Source: Halanaerobiales bacterium
GTDB lineage: Bacteria; Bacillota; Halanaerobiia; Halanaerobiales; M55B127
Direction of reading: 5' to 3'
Length of the DNA: 64,000 nt
Assembly: GCA_034521955.1 (NCBI GenBank)
Contig: JAXHLT010000005.1
Location: 71,663 to 135,662 of the forward strand
Below the pieces are notes generated by a model. It was given only the letters and a program-made list of their open reading frames with translations, did no database searches and had not been told where the DNA came from. Position 1 is the stretch's first letter. Each line of letters begins with the position of its first letter. The translations under genes and the position numbers were made by a program. Positions 35,918-45,727 of this stretch are shown piece by piece.

Positions 35918-36604
35918 ATGATTGGAACAATAGTAAATGTATTAGCTATAATAGTAGGGAGTATATTAGGATTTTTAGTAAAAGGGAAGCTACCTGAAAG
36001 GTTTCAAAACATTGTTATTCAAGGAATAAGCCTGGCAGTATTAATAATAGGGCTTCAGATGGCGTTTTCTGTGGAAAGTACTAAAGGAACATTAGTTGTT
36101 ATTTTTAGTCTTGTCATTGGTGGAATAATCGGAGAAATATTGAAGATTGAAGATAGATTGGAAGGATTAGGTGAAAAAATTCAAAGTAGATTTGGAAATG
36201 AAGATGGATTGTTTGTTCAGGGTTTTGTTCAAAGCAGCCTAATTTATTGTGTTGGGGCTATGGCTATTATGGGCGCAATACAGGATGGTTTAAACAATGA
36301 TCCTTCGATCTTGTTTACCAAATCCCTTCTTGATGGTACAGCTTCAGTTGCTTTTTCAGCTACTTTTGGAATAGGAGTTCTATTTTCTAGTATACCGGTT
36401 TTAATTTACCAAGGGTCTATAACATTACTTTCATCTTGGGCTCAAAAACTTTTAAACCAGGATGTAGTTGCAATGATGACAGCTACTGGTGGATTGTTAA
36501 TTATGGCAATAGGTTTAAATATGCTCCTATCTGCTAAAATAAAAATCGGAAATTTATTACCCTCGATCTTTGTTGCAATAGTAATTGCACAGTTCGTCTT
36601 TTAA
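35918..36604 (+). CDS. DUF554 family membrane protein (YdfK/YqgA-like)
   Basis: 228-aa polytopic ORF. The N-terminus MIGTIVNVLAIIVGSILG… is as I recall for DUF554. Confidence 0.65.
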   Translation: MIGTIVNVLAIIVGSILGFLVKGKLPERFQNIVIQGISLAVLIIGLQMAFSVESTKGTLVVIFSLVIGGIIGEILKIEDRLEGLGEKIQSRFGNEDGLFVQGFVQSSLIYCVGAMAIMGAIQDGLNNDPSILFTKSLLDGTASVAFSATFGIGVLFSSIPVLIYQGSITLLSSWAQKLLNQDVVAMMTATGGLLIMAIGLNMLLSAKIKIGNLLPSIFVAIVIAQFVF

Positions 36605-36683
36605 TAAATATAATATTAATGCTTTTTAAGAACTGATATTTATGGTATAATTAATTAAAATATGTTTTTAAGGGAGGAATTTT

Positions 36684-37712
36684 ATGAATGATTCGCTTTG
36701 GGAAAGTATAAAAACCTTTTTAAGCGAAAAACTGTACATAACAGTCACCCCTTCTTCGACTCGAAATAAAATAAAAAACTATTCGTTAAGACGTTTTATA
36801 CCTGTAATTGTAGTATTTGTTTTAATTGTTGTTATTGGTATACTTTCCTCTAACTATATTTATTATAGAAGTCAGTATATGCAGACAAAAAATAATTTTG
36901 AAGAATATAAAAGTAATATCAATATAAATGAATTACAAGAAGAAAACAAGAATCTAAAGAAAAATATTTTAATTTTAAGTCAAAATACAGAAGAACTTAG
37001 ACAAGCAATGAATAATTTAAAAAGCACAAATCAAGAGATAAGACATATCTTAGGTGAAGATACCAATAACAATGATCAAGAAGACAACAATGAAATACAG
37101 ATTACATCTATATTAGACTATAATTATTCCATTTTAAAACAAGGTATACCAATGGGTGGTAATAATTTAAATCTATATTACTATGATACAGATAAGTTGT
37201 TAAATGGTATAAATGAAAGTGCTGAAAAAGTTGAAGAAAATATAAAAAATCAGCAAGTAGTACAAGAAAAACTTCGTAATGATGCAGTTGAATATAAAGA
37301 ACTGCAAAGATCTATTCCAACTCGTTGGCCTTTAGTTAACGATAATGACAGTTATATTTCTTCTAATTTTGGTTGGAGAACTGATCCAATAACTTCTCAA
37401 CAGGAGTATCATGAAGGTTTAGATATAGCCGTTTGGTATAATACCCCAGTAATCGCTACAGCAGCTGGTCGAGTTACTTTTGTTGGATGGAAGAATGGTT
37501 ACGGTTGGAGTGTTGAAATAGATCATGGTCATGGATATAAAACGATGTATACTCATTTAAATGAAATTATAGTTGACAAAGGTGATAAAGTTAATGAAGG
37601 CAGCAAAATAGCTTTATCAGGCAATTCTGGAAGAAGTACTGGACCACATTTACATTATGAAATAAGGGTTAATGGAGTTCCAAAAAATCCTAGAAATTAT
37701 ATTGGGAGGTAA
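36684..37712 (+). CDS. M23/LytM family peptidase with N-terminal membrane anchor and coiled coil
   Basis: 342-aa ORF with one TM segment and an N/K/E-rich coiled coil. It carries the LytM motifs HEGLDIA and GPHLHYEI. Confidence 0.88.
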   Translation: MNDSLWESIKTFLSEKLYITVTPSSTRNKIKNYSLRRFIPVIVVFVLIVVIGILSSNYIYYRSQYMQTKNNFEEYKSNININELQEENKNLKKNILILSQNTEELRQAMNNLKSTNQEIRHILGEDTNNNDQEDNNEIQITSILDYNYSILKQGIPMGGNNLNLYYYDTDKLLNGINESAEKVEENIKNQQVVQEKLRNDAVEYKELQRSIPTRWPLVNDNDSYISSNFGWRTDPITSQQEYHEGLDIAVWYNTPVIATAAGRVTFVGWKNGYGWSVEIDHGHGYKTMYTHLNEIIVDKGDKVNEGSKIALSGNSGRSTGPHLHYEIRVNGVPKNPRNYIGR

Positions 37713-37717
37713 ACCTA

Positions 37718-38134
37718 TTGTTTAATAAAGAAGAAGAAATTAAAAAAGATGAAATTAATACTATTTTTGGACAGCAGACAGAATTTGATGGTAAACTTAA
37801 AACTAAAGGATCAATAAGAATAGAAGGCAAAATTACTGGTACTATAGATGCTGAGGGTGATGTATTTGTGGGAGAATCAGGAGCAGTTAGTAGCAACATA
37901 GAAGCCAGGAAGGTTGTTATAGCGGGAAAAGTAGACGGCAATGTTACTGCCAATGAAAAATTGGAAATCCTTCAAACAGGAACTTTAAAAGGTGATATTA
38001 AAGTTAAAAAGTTAGTTGTTGAAGAAGGGGCACAATTCATTGGGAAAAGTGAACTACTGGAAAATAAAGGAAAAGAAATGAAAACAGATAAAAAAAGCGA
38101 AAATAAAGTTGAAAAATCTTCTAAAAATCAATAA
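37718..38134 (+). CDS. bactofilin (polymer-forming cytoskeletal protein)
   Basis: 138-aa ORF with a beta-helical repeat pattern (G.I.G…V.G.V.G.V) typical of DUF583/bactofilin. There is a 5-nt gap after the M23 gene. Confidence 0.8.
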   Translation: MFNKEEEIKKDEINTIFGQQTEFDGKLKTKGSIRIEGKITGTIDAEGDVFVGESGAVSSNIEARKVVIAGKVDGNVTANEKLEILQTGTLKGDIKVKKLVVEEGAQFIGKSELLENKGKEMKTDKKSENKVEKSSKNQ

Positions 38135-38169
38135 ACTAGTATATAGATAAGAAAAAAATATATAATTTG

Positions 38170-38279
38170 GGTTGAAGTTCAGGTGAGAGACCTTTTTTAA
38201 GGCGCCGAAGGAGCAAAGCTTATCATATAAGCCGAAACTCTCAGGCAGAAGAAATCTGAATGGACCAAACTCTGAACTT
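38170..38279 (+). ncRNA. glycine riboswitch, single aptamer
   Basis: Conserved cores GTGAGAG…CGCCGAAGGAGCAA…CTCTCAGGCAGAAGAAA are enclosed by TTCAG/CTGAA pairing. It lies upstream of gcvT, and only one aptamer-like core is present. Confidence 0.78.
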
Positions 38280-38285
38280 AACAGA

Positions 38286-38327
38286 ACAGGGGGGTTTAAG
38301 GCGACTTAAACTCCCCTGTTTTTATTT
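38286..38327 (+). terminator. riboswitch expression-platform terminator
   Basis: Stem ACAGGGGGGTTTAAG-gcga-CTTAAACTCCCCTGT followed by TTTTTATTTT, 33 nt before the gcvT GTG. Confidence 0.8.
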
Positions 38328-38360
38328 TAAATCAATCATAGTTTGTGAGGAGGTGAAGAT

Positions 38361-39440
38361 GTGAAAAAAACAGCTATTTATGATGAACATTTAAATTCTG
38401 GAGCAAAGATGATTGATTTTGGTGGTTGGCAAATGCCTGTGCAATACAGTGGTATTATTGATGAACACAATGCTGTTAGGAATAAAGCAGGATTATTTGA
38501 CGTTTCTCACATGGGTGAGATTTTAGTTAGAGGTGAAGATTCTTTAAAGCTTGTACAAAAAGTAATCACTAATGATGCATCTAAAATGGAGGATGGTCAA
38601 GTTATCTATACACCTATGTGTTATGAAGAAGGTGGGATTGTAGATGACCTATTAGTCTATAAGCAAAATGATAAAGAATACTTGTTAGTTGTTAATGCTT
38701 CAAATAAAAATAAAGATTTAAAATGGATAGAAAAAAATGCTAAGTTTTTTAATAACGTTGTTGTAGAAGATAAATCTGAATATTATTCTTTAATTGCAAT
38801 TCAAGGACCTATTTCCCGGGAAATAATTAATCCATTAGTAGATGATGATATTAGTGATCTTAAATTTTATAGATTTGTTAATACTAAAATAAATGGCTTT
38901 AACGCTATTATATCAAGGACTGGATATACAGGAGAATTAGGATTTGAAATCTATTTAAAGGCAGAAAATGGTCCAAAATTATGGCGTAAGCTTTTAGATG
39001 TAGGGAAAGAAAAAGGTCTATCGCCTGCTGGTTTAGGGGCAAGAGATACTTTGAGGTTAGAAAAAGCACTTTGTCTGTATGGTAATGATATAGATGAAAA
39101 GACTAATCCAATTGAAGCTGGTTTATCTTGGACTGTTAAATTCAATAAAGAGGATTTTAATGGAAAAAAAGTATTAGAAAAAGTTCAAAAACGAGGCATA
39201 ACCAGAAAGCTAGTAGGATTTAAAATGAAAGGAAGAGGCATTCCTAGACATGGATATAAGATTAAGATAGATGATAAGGAGGTAGGAGAAGTTACAAGTG
39301 GTAGTTATTCTCCAACCTTAGATGAAAATATTGGATTAGCATATATTGACCTAGATTATATTTCTGCAGATACTGAAATTGATATATGTATTAGGAAAAG
39401 AGAAGTTAAGGCTAAAATAGTTGAAACACCGTTTGTTTAA
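38361..39440 (+). CDS. gcvT: glycine cleavage system aminomethyltransferase (T protein)
   Basis: 359-aa ORF with GAKMIDFGGWQMPVQY and LFDVSHMGE. GTG start after GAGGAGG. Confidence 0.96.
   Translation: MKKTAIYDEHLNSGAKMIDFGGWQMPVQYSGIIDEHNAVRNKAGLFDVSHMGEILVRGEDSLKLVQKVITNDASKMEDGQVIYTPMCYEEGGIVDDLLVYKQNDKEYLLVVNASNKNKDLKWIEKNAKFFNNVVVEDKSEYYSLIAIQGPISREIINPLVDDDISDLKFYRFVNTKINGFNAIISRTGYTGELGFEIYLKAENGPKLWRKLLDVGKEKGLSPAGLGARDTLRLEKALCLYGNDIDEKTNPIEAGLSWTVKFNKEDFNGKKVLEKVQKRGITRKLVGFKMKGRGIPRHGYKIKIDDKEVGEVTSGSYSPTLDENIGLAYIDLDYISADTEIDICIRKREVKAKIVETPFV
38811..38824. promoter_or_regulatory. Noc-binding site (NBS) palindrome inside gcvT
   Basis: Exact ATTTCCCGGGAAAT, the 14-bp palindrome reported as the B. 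subtilis Noc-binding consensus. A noc gene is encoded 5 kb upstream. Confidence 0.6.
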
Positions 39441-39462
39441 TAAAAAAAGGGGGAAACATTTT

Positions 39463-39846
39463 ATGACAATTCCAAAAGATTTATTTTTTACTGAAAATCA
39501 CGAGTGGATATCTGTTGATGGAAAAGAAGCTGTTGTTGGTATTAGTGAACATGCTCAGGATGAATTAGGAGATATAGTGTTTGTTGAATTACCTTCTGTT
39601 GAAGAAGAGTTGGATCAGTTTGAGGAATTTGGCGTAATCGAATCAGTAAAAGCTGTTTCTGACGTATTTATGCCTGTTAGTGGTATTATAGTAGAAGTGA
39701 ATGAGGATTTAATGGATCAACCTGAACAAATTAATGAAGACCCATATGGTAGTGGTTGGTTAATCAAGGTTGAAGTAAAAGATAAAAGTGAGTTAGAAGA
39801 ATTAATGGATAGCGCTGAATATAAGGCGTTTATAGAGGAGGAATAG
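39463..39846 (+). CDS. gcvH: glycine cleavage system H protein
   Basis: Lipoyl-lysine context IESVKAVSD and the N-terminus YFTENHEW. The ATG at 39463 follows GGGGGA; the ORF-track start at 39421 overlaps gcvT. Confidence 0.95.
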   Translation: MTIPKDLFFTENHEWISVDGKEAVVGISEHAQDELGDIVFVELPSVEEELDQFEEFGVIESVKAVSDVFMPVSGIIVEVNEDLMDQPEQINEDPYGSGWLIKVEVKDKSELEELMDSAEYKAFIEEE

Positions 39847-39849
39847 TAA

Positions 39850-41190
39850 ATGGACTATGTCTCCAATACTGAACAAGAAAGACAGCAGATGTTAAAAGAA
39901 ATTGGAGTGGAGGCTATAGAAGATATATTTGACTCTATTCCAGACGAAGTAAAACTTAATAGAGAATTAGATGTATCAGAAGGTATGTCAGAGTTAGAAC
40001 TAAAAAGACATATAAATAAAATTGCTGACACAAATATATCGTTAGAAAACTACACCTCTTTTTTAGGAGGAGGGGCATATGATCATTATGTTCCAAGTAT
40101 AATTGACCACTTGATTTCAAGACAAGAATTCTATACAGCTTATACACCATATCAAGCTGAATTAAGCCAAGGCACACTGCAAGTGGTTTATGAATACCAA
40201 AGTATGATCAGCGAATTAACTGGGATGGATGTTGCCAATGCGTCATTATTAGATGGGAGTTCGGCAACTGCAGAAGCTATTTTAATGGCTTCAAGAATAA
40301 GTCGTAATAAAAAGGTGTTAATTTCCTCTGCTTTACATCCATCATACAGAGAGGTTGCCAAAACTTATGGTAAACCAAAAAATCTAGATTTCGTTGAAAT
40401 TAGTATAGAAGATGGTGTAACTAATTTAGAAGAGTTAGAAGATAATTTAGATAATGATGTTGCAGCAATAGTTGTACAGTATCCTAATTTTTATGGATCA
40501 ATAGAAAATATGGAAAAGATCAAACAATTAAAAGAAGAGTATAAAAAAGTACTTTTAATTGTTGTTGCTAATCCAATTGCTTTAGGTTTATTAACACCTC
40601 CTAAAGAATTTGGAGCAGATATAGTAACAGGTGAGGGACAAAGTTTAGGAAACACAATAAACTATGGTGGACCATATTTAGGATATCTTGCCTGTATAAA
40701 CGACAGGAAGTTTATAAGACAAATACCGGGCAGAATTGCAGGAGCAACTGTTGATGTAGATGGAAACCGAGGATATGTATTAACATTACAGACAAGAGAA
40801 CAACACATTAGAAGAGAAAGAGCTACTTCTAATATGTGTACAAATGAAGCATTAAATGCTGCTATTTCAACTATATATATGGCAACTATGGGTAAAAAAG
40901 GTATGAAAGAAGTTGCAGAACAATCATATAAAAAGGCACATTATCTTGCAGATAAGATTGATGAATTAGAAGATTTTGAAGTAGTTAACACAGATAACTT
41001 TTTTCATGAATTCTGGGTAAAAACTAAACTTCCTGTAAAAAAAGTATTATCTAGTCTAAAGGAAGAAAAAATACTGGGCGGAATAGATATTTCTCGTTTT
41101 GAAGAAGAAGAGGGAATATTAATAAGTGTAACAGAAAAAAGGACTAAAGAAGAATTAGATAACTTAGTAAGACTATTGGAGGCGATGTAG
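39850..41190 (+). CDS. gcvPA: glycine dehydrogenase (decarboxylating) subunit 1
   Basis: 446-aa ORF with the split P-protein N-terminal subunit segment [15 protein letters not shown]. Confidence 0.95.
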   Translation: MDYVSNTEQERQQMLKEIGVEAIEDIFDSIPDEVKLNRELDVSEGMSELELKRHINKIADTNISLENYTSFLGGGAYDHYVPSIIDHLISRQEFYTAYTPYQAELSQGTLQVVYEYQSMISELTGMDVANASLLDGSSATAEAILMASRISRNKKVLISSALHPSYREVAKTYGKPKNLDFVEISIEDGVTNLEELEDNLDNDVAAIVVQYPNFYGSIENMEKIKQLKEEYKKVLLIVVANPIALGLLTPPKEFGADIVTGEGQSLGNTINYGGPYLGYLACINDRKFIRQIPGRIAGATVDVDGNRGYVLTLQTREQHIRRERATSNMCTNEALNAAISTIYMATMGKKGMKEVAEQSYKKAHYLADKIDELEDFEVVNTDNFFHEFWVKTKLPVKKVLSSLKEEKILGGIDISRFEEEEGILISVTEKRTKEELDNLVRLLEAM

Positions 41191-42627
41191 ATGGCTGAAA
41201 AATTAATTATAGATTATTCGAGCTCAGGCAGAAAAGGTTATTCATTACCTCCTTTAGATGTACCGGATATTAATATTGAGGATAATCTTGAATCTAAATA
41301 TGTACGTAAAGACCTTAACTTTCCAGAAGTTAGTGAAGTAGATGTTGTTCGTCATTATACTGCTCTTTCAGAATTGAATTATGGTGTAGATTCTGGAATA
41401 TATCCACTTGGTTCTTGTACAATGAAATATAATCCGAAAAGAAATGAAGATATTGCAAGAATAGAAAAATTAACTCAAATACATCCTTATCAAAGTGATG
41501 ATGATGTTCAGGGTTCCTTACAAATATTACATGAATTAAAAACAGATTTAGCAGAAATAAGTGGTATGGATGAAATGACACTGCAACCAGCTTCGGGAGC
41601 TCATGGTGAATTCACGGGTCTTTTAATAATCAGAAAGTATTTTGAAGATAAAGGAATAGAAAAAACAAAAGTAATTGTTCCTGATTCTGCTCATGGAACT
41701 AATCCAGCAAGTGCTGTTATGGCAGGATTTGATATTGTAGAAATAGATTCTAATGAACAAGGGATGGTTGATTTAGAGAAATTAAAAGAAGCAGTTGATG
41801 ATGATGTAGCTGCATTAATGTTAACTAATCCTAATACATTAGGAATATTTGAGAAAGATATAAAAGAAATCGCTGATATAATTCATGATGTAGGTGGATT
41901 ACTTTATTATGATGGAGCAAATTTAAATGCCGTAATGGGTTATGCAAGACCTGGAGATATGGACTTTGATGTATTACATTTAAACCTACACAAAACATTT
42001 TCTACTCCACATGGTGGAGGGGGACCTGGTTCAGGTACAGTAGGAGTTAAAGAATTTTTAAAACCATATTTGCCACGCCCGTTATTGGTTAAAGAGGAAG
42101 ACAAATATTATTGGGACTATGATAGACCAAAATCAATTGGTAAAGTCCATGGTTTTTATGGTAATTATGGAGTACTAATTAGAGCATATTCCTATATTAA
42201 AACATTAGGATATAAAGGATTAAAGAAAACAACAGAAAATGCAGTATTGAATGCTAATTATATGAAAGCAAAACTTAAAGAGGATTTTGTATTACCATAT
42301 GAAGAAAACAGTTTACATGAATTTGTTTTATCCGGAATAAAACAAAAAGAAAAAGGTGTAAGCACATTAAATATTGCTAAAAGGTTGTTAGACTATGGCC
42401 AGTATGCTCCTACGATATACTTCCCATTAGTTGTAAAGGAAGCTATGATGATCGAACCAACCGAGACAGAAAATATTGAAACATTGAATAAATTTATTGA
42501 TACTCTTAAAATAATTTCTAAAGAAATAGAAGATAATCCAGAAATTGTAAAAAATGCACCACATAATACTTCTGTTAGAAAATTAGATGAAGCAAAAGCT
42601 GCTCGTGAACCTGATTTAAAATGGTAG
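41191..42627 (+). CDS. gcvPB: glycine dehydrogenase (decarboxylating) subunit 2
   Basis: 478-aa ORF with the PLP lysine context [18 protein letters not shown]. Confidence 0.95.
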   Translation: MAEKLIIDYSSSGRKGYSLPPLDVPDINIEDNLESKYVRKDLNFPEVSEVDVVRHYTALSELNYGVDSGIYPLGSCTMKYNPKRNEDIARIEKLTQIHPYQSDDDVQGSLQILHELKTDLAEISGMDEMTLQPASGAHGEFTGLLIIRKYFEDKGIEKTKVIVPDSAHGTNPASAVMAGFDIVEIDSNEQGMVDLEKLKEAVDDDVAALMLTNPNTLGIFEKDIKEIADIIHDVGGLLYYDGANLNAVMGYARPGDMDFDVLHLNLHKTFSTPHGGGGPGSGTVGVKEFLKPYLPRPLLVKEEDKYYWDYDRPKSIGKVHGFYGNYGVLIRAYSYIKTLGYKGLKKTTENAVLNANYMKAKLKEDFVLPYEENSLHEFVLSGIKQKEKGVSTLNIAKRLLDYGQYAPTIYFPLVVKEAMMIEPTETENIETLNKFIDTLKIISKEIEDNPEIVKNAPHNTSVRKLDEAKAAREPDLKW

Positions 42628-42662
42628 TGGTGACAAATATAAAATCAAATATTTATTAATAA

Positions 42663-42690
42663 AATAAGCGGCCTTGTGCCGCTTATTTCT
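42663..42690 (+). terminator. rho-independent terminator of the gcv operon
   Basis: 10-bp stem AATAAGCGGC-cttgt-GCCGCTTATT followed by a T-rich tail. Confidence 0.75.
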
Positions 42691-42759
42691 ACTATAGATT
42701 GCTTTAATTAGTGGAATATTATATAATATTGAAAGAATAAGATTACGAGGGGTTGTAAT

Positions 42760-43305
42760 ATGTTAGAAGAAAATTATTTAAAAAAATTAGATGAAAATAT
42801 CAAAAAAGAATATAAAGAAGCTTCAGACTTGTTAGATATTGGAAAGTTTGAAGAATCAAAGAAGAAATTCGAAGAAATATTAGATGAAGTTGAAGACTTT
42901 ATCCCAATATTGAATAAATTAGCTGTTATTGAAATATATAATGATAATTTAGATCAGGCTAATGAATTAATTGATAAGATATTAGAAAAAGATCCAGAAT
43001 ATGTATCAGCAATAACTAATCTTGGTAGTATATATAAGAAAAAAGGTGAGATTGAAAAAGCCAAAAAGTTATATAAAAAGGCTATTGATCTTGAACCAGA
43101 ATATGGAAATGCATATAATAATCTAGGTGTGATTTATAGAGAACAGGGAGAATATAAAAAATCTGTTCAGTATTTAAAAAAAGCACGTAAGAGAGGGTCT
43201 TATTCATTTAAAGTTGATGATAAACCTTTATATAAAAATAAAGGATGTGTATTTTTTGTTGTTTTAGTAATTTTAATCATATTATTACTAATATATATCA
43301 TGTGA
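42760..43305 (+). CDS. TPR-repeat protein with C-terminal membrane anchor
   Basis: 181-aa ORF with at least three TPR-like units (…AITNLGSIYKKKGEIEKAKKLYKKAIDLEPEYGNAYNNLGVIY…). The tail VFFVVLVILIILLLIYIM is hydrophobic. Confidence 0.6.
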   Translation: MLEENYLKKLDENIKKEYKEASDLLDIGKFEESKKKFEEILDEVEDFIPILNKLAVIEIYNDNLDQANELIDKILEKDPEYVSAITNLGSIYKKKGEIEKAKKLYKKAIDLEPEYGNAYNNLGVIYREQGEYKKSVQYLKKARKRGSYSFKVDDKPLYKNKGCVFFVVLVILIILLLIYIM

Positions 43306-43316
43306 GGTGGATAAAA

Positions 43317-43496
43317 TTGGCAGAGTTAAAAGTGGGAAATAAAGTCAAAATGAAAAAACCTCATCCATGTGGCTCAGAAGTTTGGAAAATTATTAGAGTG
43401 GGTATGGATATTAAAATTGAATGTGAAAAATGTAACCATATTGTCATGATGCCTAGAAGAAAGTTTGAGAAAAACCTAAAAGAAATAATAAAATAG
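43317..43496 (+). CDS. DUF951 family small protein (YyzM-like)
   Basis: 59-aa reading from the TTG after GAGGTGG, with HPCGS…CEKCNH cysteines. It occupies the conserved slot upstream of ychF. The longer ORF-track N-terminus is hydrophobic junk that overlaps the TPR gene. Confidence 0.6.
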   Translation: MAELKVGNKVKMKKPHPCGSEVWKIIRVGMDIKIECEKCNHIVMMPRRKFEKNLKEIIK

Positions 43497-43505
43497 GGTG
43501 GTATA

Positions 43506-44597
43506 ATGGAAATTGGAATTGTAGGTTTACCAAATGTAGGAAAATCAACATTATTTAATGCATTGACACAGGCTGGAGTATCTGCTCAAAACTATCCATT
43601 TTGTACGATTGATCCGAATATAGGAATAGTAGAGGTACCAGATCAAAGGTTGGATAAATTATATGAATTATTTTCTCCTCCTGAAAAAATACCTACAGCA
43701 ATAAAGTTTGTAGATATTGCAGGATTGGTAAAAGGAGCAAATCATGGTGAAGGATTGGGCAATAAATTTTTATCTCATATTAGAGAGGTAGATGCAATAG
43801 CTCATGTAGTACGTTGTTTTGAAGATAAAAATGTAACTCATGTAGATAATGAGCATAATCCTATAAAGGATATAGAAGTAATTAATTCAGAATTAATAAT
43901 GGCTGATTTAGAAACAATAAATAAAAGAAAAGAAAAAACCAAGAAAATGCTGAAATCCGGGGAAGATAGATATAAAATAGAATACGAGATATTAGAAAAG
44001 TTAGAAAGTAATTTAAATAAAGGAATTCCAGTTCGTAATATAGCTCTTAGTTATAAAGAAAAAGAATTAGTTGAAGAATTATTTTTACTGTCTAATAAAA
44101 AGATTATTTATATTGCAAATGTTTCAGAAGCAGACCTTAATAAAGATAGTAATGAGTGTATTGAAAAGATAAGGGAGTATACTTTTGAAGAAAACACAGA
44201 CGTTATTCCTGTTAGTGCAAAAATTGAAGCTGATATTGCAGAACTGCCTGAAGATGAGGCTGAAATTTTTATAAAAGATTTTGGTTTGGAAAATTCTGGT
44301 TTAGATAAAGTAATTAAATCTTGTTATGAACTATTAGATTTAATTACATTTTATACTGCTGTAGAAAAAGAGATAAGAGCTTGGACAATAAAAAAAGGGA
44401 CTAAAGCTCCACAGGCAGCTGGTAAAATACATACAGATATGGAAAAAGGGTTTATTAAAGCAGAAGTTATAAGTTATACTGATTTAATGAGAGCAGGCTC
44501 AATTAAAGATGCCCGAGAAGAGGGTTTACTTAGAATAGAAGGCCATGATTATATAGTTCAAGATGGTGATTTTTGTCATTTTAAATTTAATGTATAA
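43506..44597 (+). CDS. ychF: ribosome-binding ATPase YchF
   Basis: 363-aa ORF with GIVGLPNVGKSTLFNALT, DIAGLVKGA and a TGS-like C-terminus. Confidence 0.96.
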   Translation: MEIGIVGLPNVGKSTLFNALTQAGVSAQNYPFCTIDPNIGIVEVPDQRLDKLYELFSPPEKIPTAIKFVDIAGLVKGANHGEGLGNKFLSHIREVDAIAHVVRCFEDKNVTHVDNEHNPIKDIEVINSELIMADLETINKRKEKTKKMLKSGEDRYKIEYEILEKLESNLNKGIPVRNIALSYKEKELVEELFLLSNKKIIYIANVSEADLNKDSNECIEKIREYTFEENTDVIPVSAKIEADIAELPEDEAEIFIKDFGLENSGLDKVIKSCYELLDLITFYTAVEKEIRAWTIKKGTKAPQAAGKIHTDMEKGFIKAEVISYTDLMRAGSIKDAREEGLLRIEGHDYIVQDGDFCHFKFNV

Positions 44598-44611
44598 TTA
44601 TTGTGTAAAAG

Positions 44612-44640
44612 TTGCAATTTCAATGTTTGAATGCTATAAT
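44612..44640 (+). promoter_or_regulatory. sigma-A promoter of rpsF-ssb-rpsR
   Basis: TTGCAA-17 nt-TATAAT, about 100 nt upstream of the rpsF ATG. Confidence 0.6.
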
Positions 44641-44738
44641 AATTAAGAATTGGGTTATAAAATAGTTATAATTAAATCCATGCTTCATAAAGACAAATAT
44701 GAAGCCGCTTAGACCGTGTGGAGGGGGTGAAAGAAAAG

Positions 44739-45035
44739 ATGGAAAAAGTAAGAAGTTATGAAACTGCATTAGTTTTAAGACCAGATTTAGAAGAAGAAAA
44801 AAGAGAAGAAATAATTGAAAGAATAAAATCTGTTATTACTGATAATGATGGAGAAGTTACTAATACTGATGAATGGGGAACCAGACAGTTAGCTTATGAA
44901 ATTGAAGATTATCGTTCTGGTTACTATACATTTATTGAATTCGATTCTCCAACTGATGTTTTAGAAAAACTTGAACACAATTATCGTATTCTTGGTGAGA
45001 TAATACGTTCTTTAATAGTTAGAAAAGAAGATTAA
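44739..45035 (+). CDS. rpsF: 30S ribosomal protein S6
   Basis: S6 core YETALVLRPDLEEE…GYY. The ATG at 44739 follows GGAGGGGG; the ORF-track start at 44718 is probably too early. Confidence 0.92.
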   Translation: MEKVRSYETALVLRPDLEEEKREEIIERIKSVITDNDGEVTNTDEWGTRQLAYEIEDYRSGYYTFIEFDSPTDVLEKLEHNYRILGEIIRSLIVRKED

Positions 45036-45052
45036 ATTAAGGGGTGGCTTAA

Positions 45053-45484
45053 TTGTTAAATCATATTGTTTTAATTGGAAGGCTGGTTAGAGATCCTGAA
45101 TTAAGATATACAAGTAATGGAACACCAGTTGCAAACTTTACTTTAGCAGTTGAACGAAATTATAAAAATTCACAGGGTGAAACCGATGTTGATTATATAA
45201 AAATTGTTACTTGGCGAAAATTAGCTGAAAATGTTGCCCATCATTTGGGTAAAGGTAGACTAGTTGCTGTTGAAGGATCACTTCAAATTAGAAAAAGTCA
45301 AGGAAAAAATGATAATAGGACATACATTAATCCTGAAGTAATTGCAAATAATGTCCAATTTTTAGACTGGCCTAGTGATAATAAAAATAAAAATAGCCGC
45401 TCAGACTATAATAATAATAAAAAAGATACAGATACAGTCGATGAACAGGATTTATCAGACGATGATTTTGAGGTGCCATTTTAA
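45053..45484 (+). CDS. ssb: single-stranded DNA-binding protein
   Basis: 143-aa ORF with an OB fold (NHIVLIGRLVRDPELRYT) and an acidic C-terminal tip DDDFEVPF. TTG start. Confidence 0.95.
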   Translation: MLNHIVLIGRLVRDPELRYTSNGTPVANFTLAVERNYKNSQGETDVDYIKIVTWRKLAENVAHHLGKGRLVAVEGSLQIRKSQGKNDNRTYINPEVIANNVQFLDWPSDNKNKNSRSDYNNNKKDTDTVDEQDLSDDDFEVPF

Positions 45485-45499
45485 GAAGGAGGTATTATA

Positions 45500-45712
45500 A
45501 TGGGAAGAGGAAGAAATAGATCGTGTTTCTTTTGTTCAAAAGATAAAGAAATTGATTATAAAGATCTAAAGACATTAAATAGATATATTACTGATAGAGG
45601 TAAAATCGTTCCTAGAAGAATTACAGGAAATTGTTCTAAACATCAAAAAGATGTAACTAAAGCGGTTAAAAGAGCAAGAAAACTAGCTTTATTACCTTAT
45701 GTAAAAGAATAG
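45500..45712 (+). CDS. rpsR: 30S ribosomal protein S18
   Basis: 70-aa ORF with CFFC…IDYKD…[17 protein letters not shown]. Confidence 0.95.
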   Translation: MGRGRNRSCFFCSKDKEIDYKDLKTLNRYITDRGKIVPRRITGNCSKHQKDVTKAVKRARKLALLPYVKE

Positions 45713-45727
45713 ATGTATAATATTTTT

